64,000 nt of DNA from an uncultured Jannaschia sp. (GTDB lineage Bacteria > Pseudomonadota > Alphaproteobacteria > Rhodobacterales > Rhodobacteraceae), in NCBI RefSeq assembly GCF_947494025.1, contig NZ_CANLTQ010000003.1:128069-192068 (forward strand), read 5' to 3'. The position numbers were made by a program, and so were the translations under genes. The notes beneath the pieces are model-generated. The model searched no databases. It saw only the letters and a list, made by a program, of their open reading frames with translations, and was not told the DNA's origin. Positions 11,169 through 20,822 of the stretch are shown here, in pieces (the first letter of the stretch is position 1; the number at the start of each line of letters is the position of its first letter).

Positions 11169-11504
11169 ATGTCCGACAAGCCCAAACGCCCGCATCACGT
11201 CTACACCCTTCTGGTCGAGGTCGGCCGCCGCCTGGAGGACGGTCTGCCCGACGGCGCGTCCGGCGCGGCGCTGATGTGCTATGCCGGCGGCGTCGACGAG
11301 GACGAGGCGGTGCGCGAGACGGTGGCCGTCCTGAAGACGGCGGGCATGAACGTGCTCGAGGTCACGGGCTACGGCACGCTCGAGGAGCGAGAAGCCGACG
11401 GCCACGACATCGAGGCGGACGAGCGTGCGTTGATGGACCGGGCGCTGGAGGAGAACGCGGTGATCGTGGCGCAGACCACCGTGTTCCGCGAGGACGACGC
11501 GTGA
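11169..11504 (+). CDS. Hypothetical protein translationally coupled to dapE
   Basis: GGAGG ribosome-binding site, normal amino-acid composition ([35 protein letters not shown]); stop overlaps the dapE GTG start (GTGA). Confidence 0.75.
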   Translation: MSDKPKRPHHVYTLLVEVGRRLEDGLPDGASGAALMCYAGGVDEDEAVRETVAVLKTAGMNVLEVTGYGTLEEREADGHDIEADERALMDRALEENAVIVAQTTVFREDDA

Positions 11505-12655
11505 TCGACCCGGTGGACCTGACCGCGCGCCTCGTGCGCTGCCCGTCGGTCACGCCGGAGGAGGGCGGGGCGCTCGGGGTCTTGCAAGAGGTGCTGTCGG
11601 CCGCGGGCTTCGACCGCGCGCGCATCGACCGGGGCGGCGTACCGAACCTTTACGCCCGCTGGGGCGCAAAGGGCCATCCGCGCACGATCGGCTTCAACGG
11701 GCATACCGATGTCGTTCCGGTGGGCGACCGCGCCAACTGGACGCACGACCCGTTCGGGGGCGAGATCGAGGCGGGCTGGCTTTACGGCCGGGGGGCCACC
11801 GACATGAAGTCGGGCGTGGCCGCCTTCGCCGCCGCCGCCGTGGATTTCGTGACCGGAACGCCCCCCGACGGCGCCGTCGCGCTCGCCATCACCGGCGACG
11901 AGGAGGGGCCGGGGACGGACGGCACGGTCGCGATCCTCGACTGGATGGCCGGGGCGGGCGAGCGGATGGACGTCTGCCTCGTGGGCGAGCCGACCTGTCC
12001 CGAACGACTGGGCGAGATGATCAAGATCGGTCGTCGCGGCTCGCTTTCGGCCTGGTTCACCTTTCGCGGGGTGCAGGGCCATTCCGCCTATCCGCATCTC
12101 GCGCGGAACCCGCTGCCGGCGATGGCCCGCCTGATGGCGCGGCTCTCGTCGCATGAGCTGGACGGGGGGACGGCGCATTTCGATCCGTCCACCCTCGCCG
12201 TCGTGACGATGGATACCGGCAACGCGGCGACCAACGTGATCCCGGCGGAAAGCCGCGCGGCGGTCAACATCCGCTTCAACGACGCTCATGACGGCGCGGA
12301 CCTCGTGGCATGGCTCGAATCCGAGGCGCGCGCGGTCGCGGCGGCGACCGGGATCGAGATCGGCGTCGACGCGAAGATCTCCGGCGAGTCCTTCCTCACG
12401 CCGCCGGGGGCGCTCTCCGATCTCGTCTCCGGCGCCGTCGCGGCGGAGACGGGGGTGACCCCGGTCCTGTCCACCGCCGGCGGCACGTCGGACGCGCGCT
12501 TCGTGAAGGACCATTGCCCAGTGGTGGAGTTCGGGCTGGTCGGGCACCGGATGCACGCGGTGGACGAGCGCGTGCGGGTGGAGCAGATCGGGCAGTTGAA
12601 GGCGATCTATGGCCGCGTGCTGCGGGACTACTTCGCGGCCGGGTCGGGTATTTGA
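11501..12655 (+). CDS. dapE: Succinyl-diaminopimelate desuccinylase
   Basis: [59 protein letters not shown] start at 11501. Confidence 0.96.
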   Translation: MIDPVDLTARLVRCPSVTPEEGGALGVLQEVLSAAGFDRARIDRGGVPNLYARWGAKGHPRTIGFNGHTDVVPVGDRANWTHDPFGGEIEAGWLYGRGATDMKSGVAAFAAAAVDFVTGTPPDGAVALAITGDEEGPGTDGTVAILDWMAGAGERMDVCLVGEPTCPERLGEMIKIGRRGSLSAWFTFRGVQGHSAYPHLARNPLPAMARLMARLSSHELDGGTAHFDPSTLAVVTMDTGNAATNVIPAESRAAVNIRFNDAHDGADLVAWLESEARAVAAATGIEIGVDAKISGESFLTPPGALSDLVSGAVAAETGVTPVLSTAGGTSDARFVKDHCPVVEFGLVGHRMHAVDERVRVEQIGQLKAIYGRVLRDYFAAGSGI

Positions 12656-12668
12656 ACCGAGACGAAGC

Positions 12669-13439
12669 TCAGGCGGCCTTCCTGGCCTGATCCGGGCGCA
12701 GAAAGACCGGCGCCTCGGGCGTGGAACGGTCGGGCTGGAACGTGTAGCCGCCGGCGTCGAAGGCGCGGAGGTCGGCGGGGTCGTCGATCCGGTTCTCCAC
12801 CACGAAGCGCGCCATCGCGCCGCGCGCCTGCTTGGCATGGAAGCTGACGATCTTCGGCCCGCCCGGCTTGTCCTCCAGGAATGTCGGCGTCACGACCGGC
12901 AGGGTGAGCGCGGTCCGGTCCACCGCGTCGAAATATTCCCGGCTGGCGCAATTCAGGAGCATCCGCGCCCCGACCGCCTCGGCCTCCTGGTTCAGGGCCC
13001 GGGCGATCCGGTCGCCCCAGAAGGCGTACAGGTCGCGCCCCCAAGGCCCGGCGAGGCGCGATCCCATCTCCAGCCGGTAGGGCCGGAGCGCGTCCATCGG
13101 GCGAAGCAGGCCATAGAGACCGGACAGGATGCGCAGGTGTCCGTCCGCACGGCGCAGCGCGTCCTCCGAGAGCGTCGCGGCGTCGAGCCCGGTATAGGTG
13201 TCGCCGGCGAAGGCATGGATCGCGGGCGTCTCCGGGGCCGTCGCCCAGTCGCGGAACCGGTCGCGGTTCAGGCGGGCGAGCGGCTCGCTGATCGACATGA
13301 GCCGGCGCAGGTCCTCGATGCCGAGCGCGCGGGCGGCGGCCACGAGCTCCGCCGTCGCCTCCGGGAAGATCGGCGCTGTCGTCTCCGCCGTCCGGGGCGC
13401 GGGGTCGAGCTTCTTGGCGGGGGACAGGACGATCAGCAT
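12669..13439 (-). CDS. yaaA: Peroxide stress protein YaaA (UPF0246)
   Basis: MLIVLSPAKKL start, FAGDTY, LRILSGLYGLLRPMD..PYRLEMG, NCASREY, KQARGAMARF. Confidence 0.93.
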   Translation of the reverse strand: MLIVLSPAKKLDPAPRTAETTAPIFPEATAELVAAARALGIEDLRRLMSISEPLARLNRDRFRDWATAPETPAIHAFAGDTYTGLDAATLSEDALRRADGHLRILSGLYGLLRPMDALRPYRLEMGSRLAGPWGRDLYAFWGDRIARALNQEAEAVGARMLLNCASREYFDAVDRTALTLPVVTPTFLEDKPGGPKIVSFHAKQARGAMARFVVENRIDDPADLRAFDAGGYTFQPDRSTPEAPVFLRPDQARKAA

Positions 13440-13443
13440 CGGG

Positions 13444-15501
13444 TCATTCCTTCCGCAGGATTTCAAGAAAGGCGTCGCCGAACCGCTCGGCGTGCCGCGC
13501 GCCGAGGATGCGGGCGATGTCGTCCGGGTCGGGCCGGGCGCGGGCGACCTTGGCGAGCTGCGAGGAGGAGCAGGACATCGGCTTCTCGAGCCCCGTCGCC
13601 CCGCGCGCGAGGTCGTTCTGAACCGACAGGAGCCGGTCGTAGATCGCCCCTTCGCCGCGCCCGGCGAGCTTGCGGCGCGCGGGGTGGACGGCGTCGGGCG
13701 CCCCGCCGGTGACGACCGCGAGGAAGTCCGCGCCGTAGCGTTCGAGCTTGGTCGCGCCGACGCCCGAGATCCGCGCCATCGCGTCGAGCGTTTCCGGACG
13801 CGTCTCGGCCATCTCGATCAGGGTGCGGTCGTTGAAGACGACGTAGGCCGGCACGCCCTGCCGTTCGGCCAGCGCTCGGCGCTTGGCCTTGAGCGCGGAC
13901 AGGAGCGGCGCGTCCTCCTCGGCGACGAGCTGCTTCACCGCGGGGCGGCGCTCGGCCCGGCGGATCGTGTCGCGCCGGAGCGTGACATCGGCCTCGCCGC
14001 GCAGGATCGGGCGGGCGGGCTCCGTCATCCGCAGCGCGCCGTGCCGCGCCGGATCGGGGCGCACGAGGTCGAGGCCCATCATCTGCCGGAAGATCGCCTG
14101 CCACTCGGGCTTCGCCACGTCCGACCCCACGCCCCAGGTCGGCAGGCTGCCATGGCCGAAGCGACGGGTCTTGTCGGTCTCCGTCCCGGTCAGCACGTCG
14201 ATCAGGTGGCCGGTCCCGAACCGCTCCTCCGTCCGCAGCATCGCCGAGAGCGCCTTGCGCACCTCGGTCGTCGCGTCGAAAAGCTCGGGCGGATCGGCGC
14301 AGAGGTCGCAGTTCCCGCAGGGCTCCGTCGTCTCGCCGAAATAGCGCAGGAGGGTCACGCGGCGGCAGACCTGCGCCTCCGCCAGTCCCAGAAGGGCGTT
14401 CAGCCGGCCGTGATCGGCGGCCTTCATTTCCGGCGGGGCGAGCCCCTCGTCGACCTGCTGGCGGCGGTAGCGGATGTCGTCCGCGCCGAACAGCGTCAGC
14501 GTGTCAGCCGGCGCGCCGTCGCGGCCGGCGCGGCCGATCTCCTGGTAATAGGCCTCGATAGATTTCGGCAGGTCGGCATGGGCAACCCAGCGGATGTCGG
14601 GCTTGTCGATCCCCATGCCGAAAGCCACCGTGGCCACGACGATCAGCCCGTCCTCTCGCTGGAACCGCGTCTCGACCAGCCGGCGGTCGTCGGCCTCCAT
14701 GCCGCCGTGGTAATGACAGGCGGCATGGCCGTCCTCGCGGAGCGCGCGGGCCAGCGCCTCCGTCTTGGCGCGGGTGCCGCAATAGACGATGCCGGACTGC
14801 CCCTTGCGGGCGGCGGCGAAGGACAGGATCTGCCGGCGCGGCCCGTCCTTGGGCTGAAAGGCCAGCGCGATGTTCGGACGGTCGAAGCCATGAAGGAAGG
14901 TCTCGGGCGTCCCGTCGAAGAGCCGCGCAGCGATCTCCGCCCGCGTTTCGGCATCCGCCGTGGCGGTGAAGGCGGCGAGCGGCACGTCGAGCGTCCGGCG
15001 CAGCTCCCCGACGCGGAGATAGTCGGGGCGGAAGTCGTGGCCCCACTGGCTCACGCAATGCGCCTCGTCCACGGCGATGAGGCGCGTGTCGGCACGCTTC
15101 AGCATCCGTTCCGTCGCGGTGGAGGCGAGCCGTTCCGGCGCGATGTAGAGAAGCTTGAGCCGCCCCTCCTCGATCGCCTGCCAGACGGCCTCCGTCTCCT
15201 CCTCGGTATTGCCGGAGGTGAGCGCTCCGGCGGAAACGCCCGCCGCCTGCAATGCGCGGACCTGATCGCGCATCAGCGCGATGAGGGGCGAGATCACCAC
15301 CGTGAGGCCCGGACGGCAGAGCGCCGGCAGCTGGTAGCAGAGCGACTTGCCGCCGCCCGTGGGCATGATCGCGAGCACGTCGCGTCCCGCCACCACGGCC
15401 CCCACGATCTCCGCCTGTCCGGGGCGGAACCCGTCGAATCCGAAGACGGATTTCAGAAGATCGGCGGGCGCGGCCGTATTCGCGAAGCTCTCGTCCTGCA
15501 T
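13444..15501 (-). CDS. recQ: ATP-dependent DNA helicase RecQ
   Basis: MPTGGGKSLCYQLP, VDEAHCVSQWGHDFRPDY, ATVAFGMGIDK, YYQEIGRAGRDG, Zn/RQC motif CRR..CGNCDLC and HRDC domain. Confidence 0.97.
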   Translation of the reverse strand: MQDESFANTAAPADLLKSVFGFDGFRPGQAEIVGAVVAGRDVLAIMPTGGGKSLCYQLPALCRPGLTVVISPLIALMRDQVRALQAAGVSAGALTSGNTEEETEAVWQAIEEGRLKLLYIAPERLASTATERMLKRADTRLIAVDEAHCVSQWGHDFRPDYLRVGELRRTLDVPLAAFTATADAETRAEIAARLFDGTPETFLHGFDRPNIALAFQPKDGPRRQILSFAAARKGQSGIVYCGTRAKTEALARALREDGHAACHYHGGMEADDRRLVETRFQREDGLIVVATVAFGMGIDKPDIRWVAHADLPKSIEAYYQEIGRAGRDGAPADTLTLFGADDIRYRRQQVDEGLAPPEMKAADHGRLNALLGLAEAQVCRRVTLLRYFGETTEPCGNCDLCADPPELFDATTEVRKALSAMLRTEERFGTGHLIDVLTGTETDKTRRFGHGSLPTWGVGSDVAKPEWQAIFRQMMGLDLVRPDPARHGALRMTEPARPILRGEADVTLRRDTIRRAERRPAVKQLVAEEDAPLLSALKAKRRALAERQGVPAYVVFNDRTLIEMAETRPETLDAMARISGVGATKLERYGADFLAVVTGGAPDAVHPARRKLAGRGEGAIYDRLLSVQNDLARGATGLEKPMSCSSSQLAKVARARPDPDDIARILGARHAERFGDAFLEILRKE

Positions 15502-15570
15502 CCGCGCGAAATCCCATACCGTGTCCGGCAGAGCAAGGGGGCGGGCCCGGTCGGGGGGCGTTCCCCGCCA

Positions 15571-15599
15571 TTGGCACGAGCAAGACCTCGTGATAGCCG
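15571..15599 (+). promoter_or_regulatory. Candidate promoter with palindromic operator upstream of the DctP gene
   Basis: TTGGCA-N17-TAGCCG overlapped by the inverted repeat CACGAG-N6-CTCGTG (15575-15592). Confidence 0.35.
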
Positions 15600-15626
15600 G
15601 GATACCCTGTCGCAACATATGGGGAC

Positions 15627-16652
15627 ATGCCCGTGTCGCATTTCAGGATGATCCTTCTGTCGCTGGTTCTCGCCACCCCGGCGGCGGCGCAGGAGGTCAC
15701 GCTGCGGTTCCAGCACTTCGTGAACCCAGCCTCGGCCAATCCGACCTATTTCATGCGGCCCTGGGCCGACGCCATCGAGGCGCAATCGGGCGGACGTATC
15801 GCGGTCGAGCTCCATCCGTTCATGCAGCTCGGCGGATCGGCGGCGAACATGTACGACCTGATCGCCGACGGGGCCGTCGATGGCGGCTGGGTCATTCCCG
15901 GCTACCAGCCCGGCCGCTTTCCCGAAGCAGAAGCGCTGGAGCTGCCGTTCATGACGCCGAAATCGGCGGAGGCGGCCTCGGTCGCGGCTTGGGATTTCAC
16001 GCAGACGCACCTGATGGACGATTTCGCGGACGTTCACGTCATCGCCGCGCATATGCACGGCCCGGGGCTCGTGCACCTGAAGGGCGATGCGCCCGAGGGC
16101 GTCGCGGACTTCCGGGGGCTGAACCTGCGCGGACCGACCCGGATGAGCACGCTTCTTCTCGACAACCTCGGCGCGAACCCGATCGGGATGCCGGTTCCGG
16201 CCTTTCCCGAGGCGCTGGCCAAGGGTGTGCTCGACGGCGGGCTCATCACCTGGGAGCAGTCGCCGTCGCTGAAGCTCGACGAGCTGGTGGACAGCCACAC
16301 GGACGTCGTCGGCGAGGACGCGCTCTACAACCTTTATTTCCTCTGGGCGATGAACAGGGACGTCTACGAGGGTCTGGCCCCGGACCTGCGGGCGGTGATC
16401 GACGCCAATTCCGGCGCGATGGCGGCGGCCTGGGCCGGGCGGGCGCATGACACGGGCGATGCGCTGGGGCGCGAGATCATGGCGGCGTCGGGCAACGAGA
16501 TCGCGGAGCTCTCGCCGGAGGCGACCGCGGAGATCCGGGCGCTCGGGGATGCCGTAACCGACAGCTGGATCGCGGAGATGGACGCGCGGGGCTTCGACGG
16601 CGCGGCACTGGTCCGGGATGCCGAGGCGGCGATGGACGCGGCGTCGCGATAG
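15627..16652 (+). CDS. TRAP transporter substrate-binding protein (DctP family), no adjacent dctQM
   Basis: Signal peptide ending AAA-QE; PFMQLGG, PGRFP..EALELPF, FRGLNLRGP, PVGMPVP-like segment, ALAKGVLDG. Confidence 0.88.
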   Translation: MPVSHFRMILLSLVLATPAAAQEVTLRFQHFVNPASANPTYFMRPWADAIEAQSGGRIAVELHPFMQLGGSAANMYDLIADGAVDGGWVIPGYQPGRFPEAEALELPFMTPKSAEAASVAAWDFTQTHLMDDFADVHVIAAHMHGPGLVHLKGDAPEGVADFRGLNLRGPTRMSTLLLDNLGANPIGMPVPAFPEALAKGVLDGGLITWEQSPSLKLDELVDSHTDVVGEDALYNLYFLWAMNRDVYEGLAPDLRAVIDANSGAMAAAWAGRAHDTGDALGREIMAASGNEIAELSPEATAEIRALGDAVTDSWIAEMDARGFDGAALVRDAEAAMDAASR

Positions 16653-16746
16653 GCGTCCGCGACGATTGCCAGGGCACGCGGCCGCCCGGTCCGCGCGGGG
16701 ACACATGGTTCGTTTTGGCCGCGATGGGCGAGAGGCGCGATCCGCG

Positions 16747-17289
16747 TCACGCCCGCGCGAGCGTCACGATCGTGTCGCCGTAGCGGCGCTGGTCCAGGAC
16801 GGCGAGCCCCTCGACGACCGGTGGCCGCCCTTCCTCCCAGACGACGAGCGCCTCTGGCGCGATCCAGCCCCCGGCACGCAGCGCGGCCATCGCCGCCTCG
16901 CCCAGCCCCTGCCCGTAGGGCGGGTCGAGGAACACAAGGTCGTGCGGCGTGCCGGGGCCGGGGCGGCGGGCGTCACGTGCGACGATGCGCGCCTCGGCCT
17001 CCAGAAGCGCCACGTTCTCCCGCAACAGGGCCAGCGCGGCCCGTCCCCGTTCCACGAAGGTCGCCCGCGCAGCCCCGCGGCTCAGCGCCTCGAGCCCCAG
17101 CGCGCCCGTGCCGGCGAAGACGTCGAGCACCGCCGCCCCGTCGAACGCGTCCGCGTAGCCGCCGTTGACGAGCAGGTTGAAGATCGATTCCCGCACCCGG
17201 TCCGTGGTGGGCCGCAGATGCGCCGCCGCGTCCCCCTTGCCGACCGAGGCGAGCCGCCGCCCGCGCCAGCGTCCGCCGACGATCCTCAC
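16747..17289 (-). CDS. rsmD: 16S rRNA m2G966 methyltransferase
   Basis: VRIVGGRWRGRRL start, RPTTDRVRESIFN, LDVFAGTGALGLEALSRGA, FLDPPY. Confidence 0.93.
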   Translation of the reverse strand: MRIVGGRWRGRRLASVGKGDAAAHLRPTTDRVRESIFNLLVNGGYADAFDGAAVLDVFAGTGALGLEALSRGAARATFVERGRAALALLRENVALLEAEARIVARDARRPGPGTPHDLVFLDPPYGQGLGEAAMAALRAGGWIAPEALVVWEEGRPPVVEGLAVLDQRRYGDTIVTLARA

Positions 17290-17452
17290 GCCGGCCTCGC
17301 GTCCGGTCCCGGTCTGCGGGGCGAACCCGCGAACCATGCGCGGCGCCCGGTTTCGATGACGGCGATACGATCCATGACGTCTCCACTGGTGCGGACGGCC
17401 CCGACAGCTATATCCCGGCCACAGACGTTGCAAACCTCCGAGGAGTTCGACC

Positions 17453-17941
17453 ATGTCCATCACCACCGGCGACAAGCTGCCCGAGGCCGACCTTCTACGG
17501 ATCGGGGCCGACGGTCCCGAGACGGTTTCCCTGCGGGAGCTCGCCGGCCAGGGCAAGGTCGCGCTCTTCGGCGTGCCGGGGGCCTTCACCGGCACCTGCA
17601 CCACGGCCCACATGCCGAGCTTCGTGCGCAACAAGGACGCCTTCGCCGAGAAAGGCGTGGACACGATCGTCTGCGTCGCGGTCAACGATCCGTTCGTGAT
17701 GAAGGCCTGGGGCGAGCAGACCGGGGCGGCGGAGGCGGGGCTGCACCTGCTGGCCGATGCGGACGGCGCCTTCACCCGCGATCTGGGCCTGCAGTTCGAC
17801 GCGCCCGCCGCGGGCTTCCACGGGCGGTCCCGGCGCTACTCCATGCTCCTCGAGAACGGGGTCATCAAGGCGATGCATGTCGAGGACTCGCCCGGCACCT
17901 GCTCCGCCTCCGCCGGCGAGGCGCTTCTCGAGGAAGTCTGA
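17453..17941 (+). CDS. Peroxiredoxin (Prx5/AhpE-like subfamily)
   Basis: GVPGAFTGTC peroxidatic motif, VNDPFVMKAWG, RSRRYSML; GAGGAG ribosome-binding site. Confidence 0.92.
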   Translation: MSITTGDKLPEADLLRIGADGPETVSLRELAGQGKVALFGVPGAFTGTCTTAHMPSFVRNKDAFAEKGVDTIVCVAVNDPFVMKAWGEQTGAAEAGLHLLADADGAFTRDLGLQFDAPAAGFHGRSRRYSMLLENGVIKAMHVEDSPGTCSASAGEALLEEV

Positions 17942-18006
17942 ACGCGGGGGGTTCGCCTCGCCGCCCGTTCGTGACATCAAAACCGGGAACGTAGCCCGGA
18001 GGCCCC

Positions 18007-18936
18007 ATGACCAGATCCATCACCCTCCTCGGAGCGCCGGTGCAGACCGGCGCATGGCGGCGCGGCTGCCTCATGGGGCCGGACGCGCTGCGCACCGCCG
18101 GGCTCGGCCGGATGCTGCGCGAGCTTGGCCACGAGGTGCGCGATCTGCGCAATCTCGCACCCGAGGAGATGCAGGTGCCGCCGGCGCCCAATCCTGCGAT
18201 CCGCGACCTCGACCTCTGCGCCGGCTGGGTCGCGGCGCTGCAATCGGAGACGGTCGCGCTCGATGCGGAGACGTTCCCGATCTTCATGGGTGGCGACCAC
18301 CTGATGGCCGCGGGCACCGTTCCCGCGATGGCGCGACGGGCCGAGGCGGCGGGGCGGCCGCTCTTCGTGCTCTGGCTCGACGCGCATTCCGATATCCACG
18401 ACCTCGAGAGTACCGAAAGCGGCAACCTGCACGGCACGCCGGTCGCCTATTTCACCGGACGCGCGGACTTCACGCCGCACTTCCCCGCGCCGGTCGCCAC
18501 GGTGGACCCCGCCCGCATCTGCATGATCGGGCTGCGCTCCGTCGACCCGCACGAGAAGCTGGCGCTGAACGAGGCGGGGATCGACGTAACCGACATGCGC
18601 GCCATCGACGAGCACGGCATCGCCACCCCCCTCCGCGCCTTTCTGGAGCGGGTGGAGGCGGCCGGGGGGCATCTGCACGTGAGCTTCGACATCGATTTCC
18701 TCGATCCCGGCATCGCGCCCGCCGTCGGCACCACCGTTCCCGGCGGCGCGACCTTCCGGGAGGCGCATCTGGTGATGGAATGGCTGCACGATTCCGGCCT
18801 CGTCACCTCGCTCGACATCGCCGAGCTCAACCCCTTCATGGACGAGCGCGGGCGGACGGCGACGCTGATGGTGGATCTCGTCGCCTCCCTCTTCGGCAAG
18901 GCCGTGCTCGACCGGCCGACGCGCGCGCGGAGCTGA
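18007..18936 (+). CDS. rocF: Arginase
   Basis: GGDH, WLDAHSD, SGNLHGTP, SFDIDFLDP, TTVPGG, ELNPF ureohydrolase and Mn-binding motifs. Confidence 0.92.
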   Translation: MTRSITLLGAPVQTGAWRRGCLMGPDALRTAGLGRMLRELGHEVRDLRNLAPEEMQVPPAPNPAIRDLDLCAGWVAALQSETVALDAETFPIFMGGDHLMAAGTVPAMARRAEAAGRPLFVLWLDAHSDIHDLESTESGNLHGTPVAYFTGRADFTPHFPAPVATVDPARICMIGLRSVDPHEKLALNEAGIDVTDMRAIDEHGIATPLRAFLERVEAAGGHLHVSFDIDFLDPGIAPAVGTTVPGGATFREAHLVMEWLHDSGLVTSLDIAELNPFMDERGRTATLMVDLVASLFGKAVLDRPTRARS

Positions 18937-18971
18937 CGGCCGCCGCATCCGGGCGGCCTTGATCGGGGCGT

Positions 18972-19928
18972 TCACTTGCCCCCTTGCCACGCATTGGCCG
19001 TGTCCGAAGCGGCGAACAGGCGCTGCAGGGCGAGGAACACGACGATCACCGGCAGGATCGACACGGCGAGGGCCGCCTGCTGCAGCGATTTCTGATCGAG
19101 GCTCTCGAACGCGCCCTGCAGCAGGTAGATGCCTACGGGCAGCGTCTGCAGCTCCGGCGCGGAGCGGGTGACGGTCATCGTCCAGATGAATTCGTTCCAG
19201 TGGTACACGAAGGAGAACAGCGTCAGCGTCGCGATGGCGGGCTTCACCAGCGGCAGCATGATCGACCGGAAGATACGGTACTCGCTTGCCCCGTCGAGCC
19301 GGGCGGCCTCCATCAGGTCGTCGGGAATGCCCATGAAGAACTGCCGCATCAGGAACACCCCGTACCACGTCACGATGAAGGGCAGGCAGAGCGCGGCGTA
19401 GGTGCCGAGGAGGCCCGAGCCGCCTTGTCCGGCGATGTCGTTGCCGCCCATCAGCGGCACGAAGCGGAGCAGGAAGAAGATCGGGATGATGAACAGGAAG
19501 AACGGGAACATCTGCGCGCCGACGACGAGCTGGAAGATCGAGGCCCGCCCGCGAAACTCGTACTTGGCGAGCGCGTAGCCCGCCGTGACCGAGGTCGCGA
19601 CCTGCGCCGCGGTGATGAGGCCCGTCACGATCACCGAGTTGGCGAACCACCTTGTCATCGGAAGCTCCGCGAAGACGCGGGCATAGACGCCCCATTGCGG
19701 CTCCGACGGGAGGTAGCGGGGCGGGTTGGCGTAGACGTCGGCCGGACCCCGCAGCGCGCCGACGAACATGTCCGCGAAGGGCAGGATCATCAGCCCGGCC
19801 CCAAGCGCCAGCAGCGCGTATTTCAGGACGCCCCCCGCATGCCGGCGCAGCGCGCCGCCCGACAGGAGGCGCCGGGTCGCGGCGACCCCCGCCGTCTCGC
19901 CCGCGACGATCGGGTCCGGCGCGCTCAC
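18972..19928 (-). CDS. Carbohydrate (CUT1) ABC transporter permease, MalG-like
   Basis: FANSVIV, AGYALAKYEFRG, EAA loop IPDDLMEAARLDGASEYRIF, HWNEFIW. GTG start overlaps the upstream stop. Confidence 0.9.
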   Translation of the reverse strand: MSAPDPIVAGETAGVAATRRLLSGGALRRHAGGVLKYALLALGAGLMILPFADMFVGALRGPADVYANPPRYLPSEPQWGVYARVFAELPMTRWFANSVIVTGLITAAQVATSVTAGYALAKYEFRGRASIFQLVVGAQMFPFFLFIIPIFFLLRFVPLMGGNDIAGQGGSGLLGTYAALCLPFIVTWYGVFLMRQFFMGIPDDLMEAARLDGASEYRIFRSIMLPLVKPAIATLTLFSFVYHWNEFIWTMTVTRSAPELQTLPVGIYLLQGAFESLDQKSLQQAALAVSILPVIVVFLALQRLFAASDTANAWQGGK

Positions 19929-20818
19929 CGCGACCGTTCCCGAAGCGCGCGGAACTGCAGGAGCGACAGCGCCCCGATGATCGCGAACAGGATGAGCGCC
20001 CCGGCCGAGGCGCGGCCCATGCGCAGATCCTCGAACGCCATGCGATAGGTATAGAGCGCCGTGACCTCCGTTGCCCCGCGCGGCCCGCCCCCCGTCATCG
20101 CGAGGATAAGGGAGAAGAACCCCATCCCGGTGATGAAGCTGGTGATCGTCACGAAGGTGAAGGCCGGGCGGATGATCGGCAGCGTGACGCTGCGCAGCGT
20201 CCGCCAGGCGCCCGCACCGTCGAGCGTCGCCGCGTCGTAGATCGCCCGGTCCACCCCGTCGAGCGCCGCCGAGAAGATCAGCATGTTCTTTCCTGCGTCG
20301 TACCAGATCATCACCAGCACGACCGAGACCATCGCCATCGTCGGATCGGTCAGCCAGTCCGGCCCGCGCAGGCCGATGGCCCCGAGCGCGCGGTTGATGA
20401 GCCCGTCGCGGTCGTCGAGGACGAACTGCCAAAGATACGCGATGGCGACGATGTTGGTGAGTTGCGGCAGGTAGTAGATCTGCCGCCAGATCGCCTTGCC
20501 CCTGGCCCGGCTGAACGCGAAGGCGAGGAGGAGCGCGAGCGGCACACCGATCGCGACGAAGCCGAACGCGAAGACGAAGGTGTTGACGACGGTCCGCCAG
20601 AACGTGTCGTCGCGCGTCAGCAGGTATTCGAACTGCCGCAGGCCCACCCAGGACGGCGCGCCGAGCGGGTTCCAGCGGGTGAAGGAAAGCCAGACCGAGA
20701 AGCCGAGCGGCAACAGGAAGAAGACGAACGCGAAGACGAGGAGCGGCGCGAGGAACAGCCAGGGCGCCCATCCGCCGACCGCGGGCCCGTCGACGACGCG
20801 CGGCGTTCGAGGCCGCAT
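19925..20818 (-). CDS. Carbohydrate (CUT1) ABC transporter permease, MalF-like
   Basis: WLFLAP, WVGLRQF, GLINRALG, WLTDP, IYDAATLDGAGAW EAA loop. Confidence 0.9.
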   Translation of the reverse strand: MRPRTPRVVDGPAVGGWAPWLFLAPLLVFAFVFFLLPLGFSVWLSFTRWNPLGAPSWVGLRQFEYLLTRDDTFWRTVVNTFVFAFGFVAIGVPLALLLAFAFSRARGKAIWRQIYYLPQLTNIVAIAYLWQFVLDDRDGLINRALGAIGLRGPDWLTDPTMAMVSVVLVMIWYDAGKNMLIFSAALDGVDRAIYDAATLDGAGAWRTLRSVTLPIIRPAFTFVTITSFITGMGFFSLILAMTGGGPRGATEVTALYTYRMAFEDLRMGRASAGALILFAIIGALSLLQFRALRERSR

Positions 20819-20822
20819 CGGC

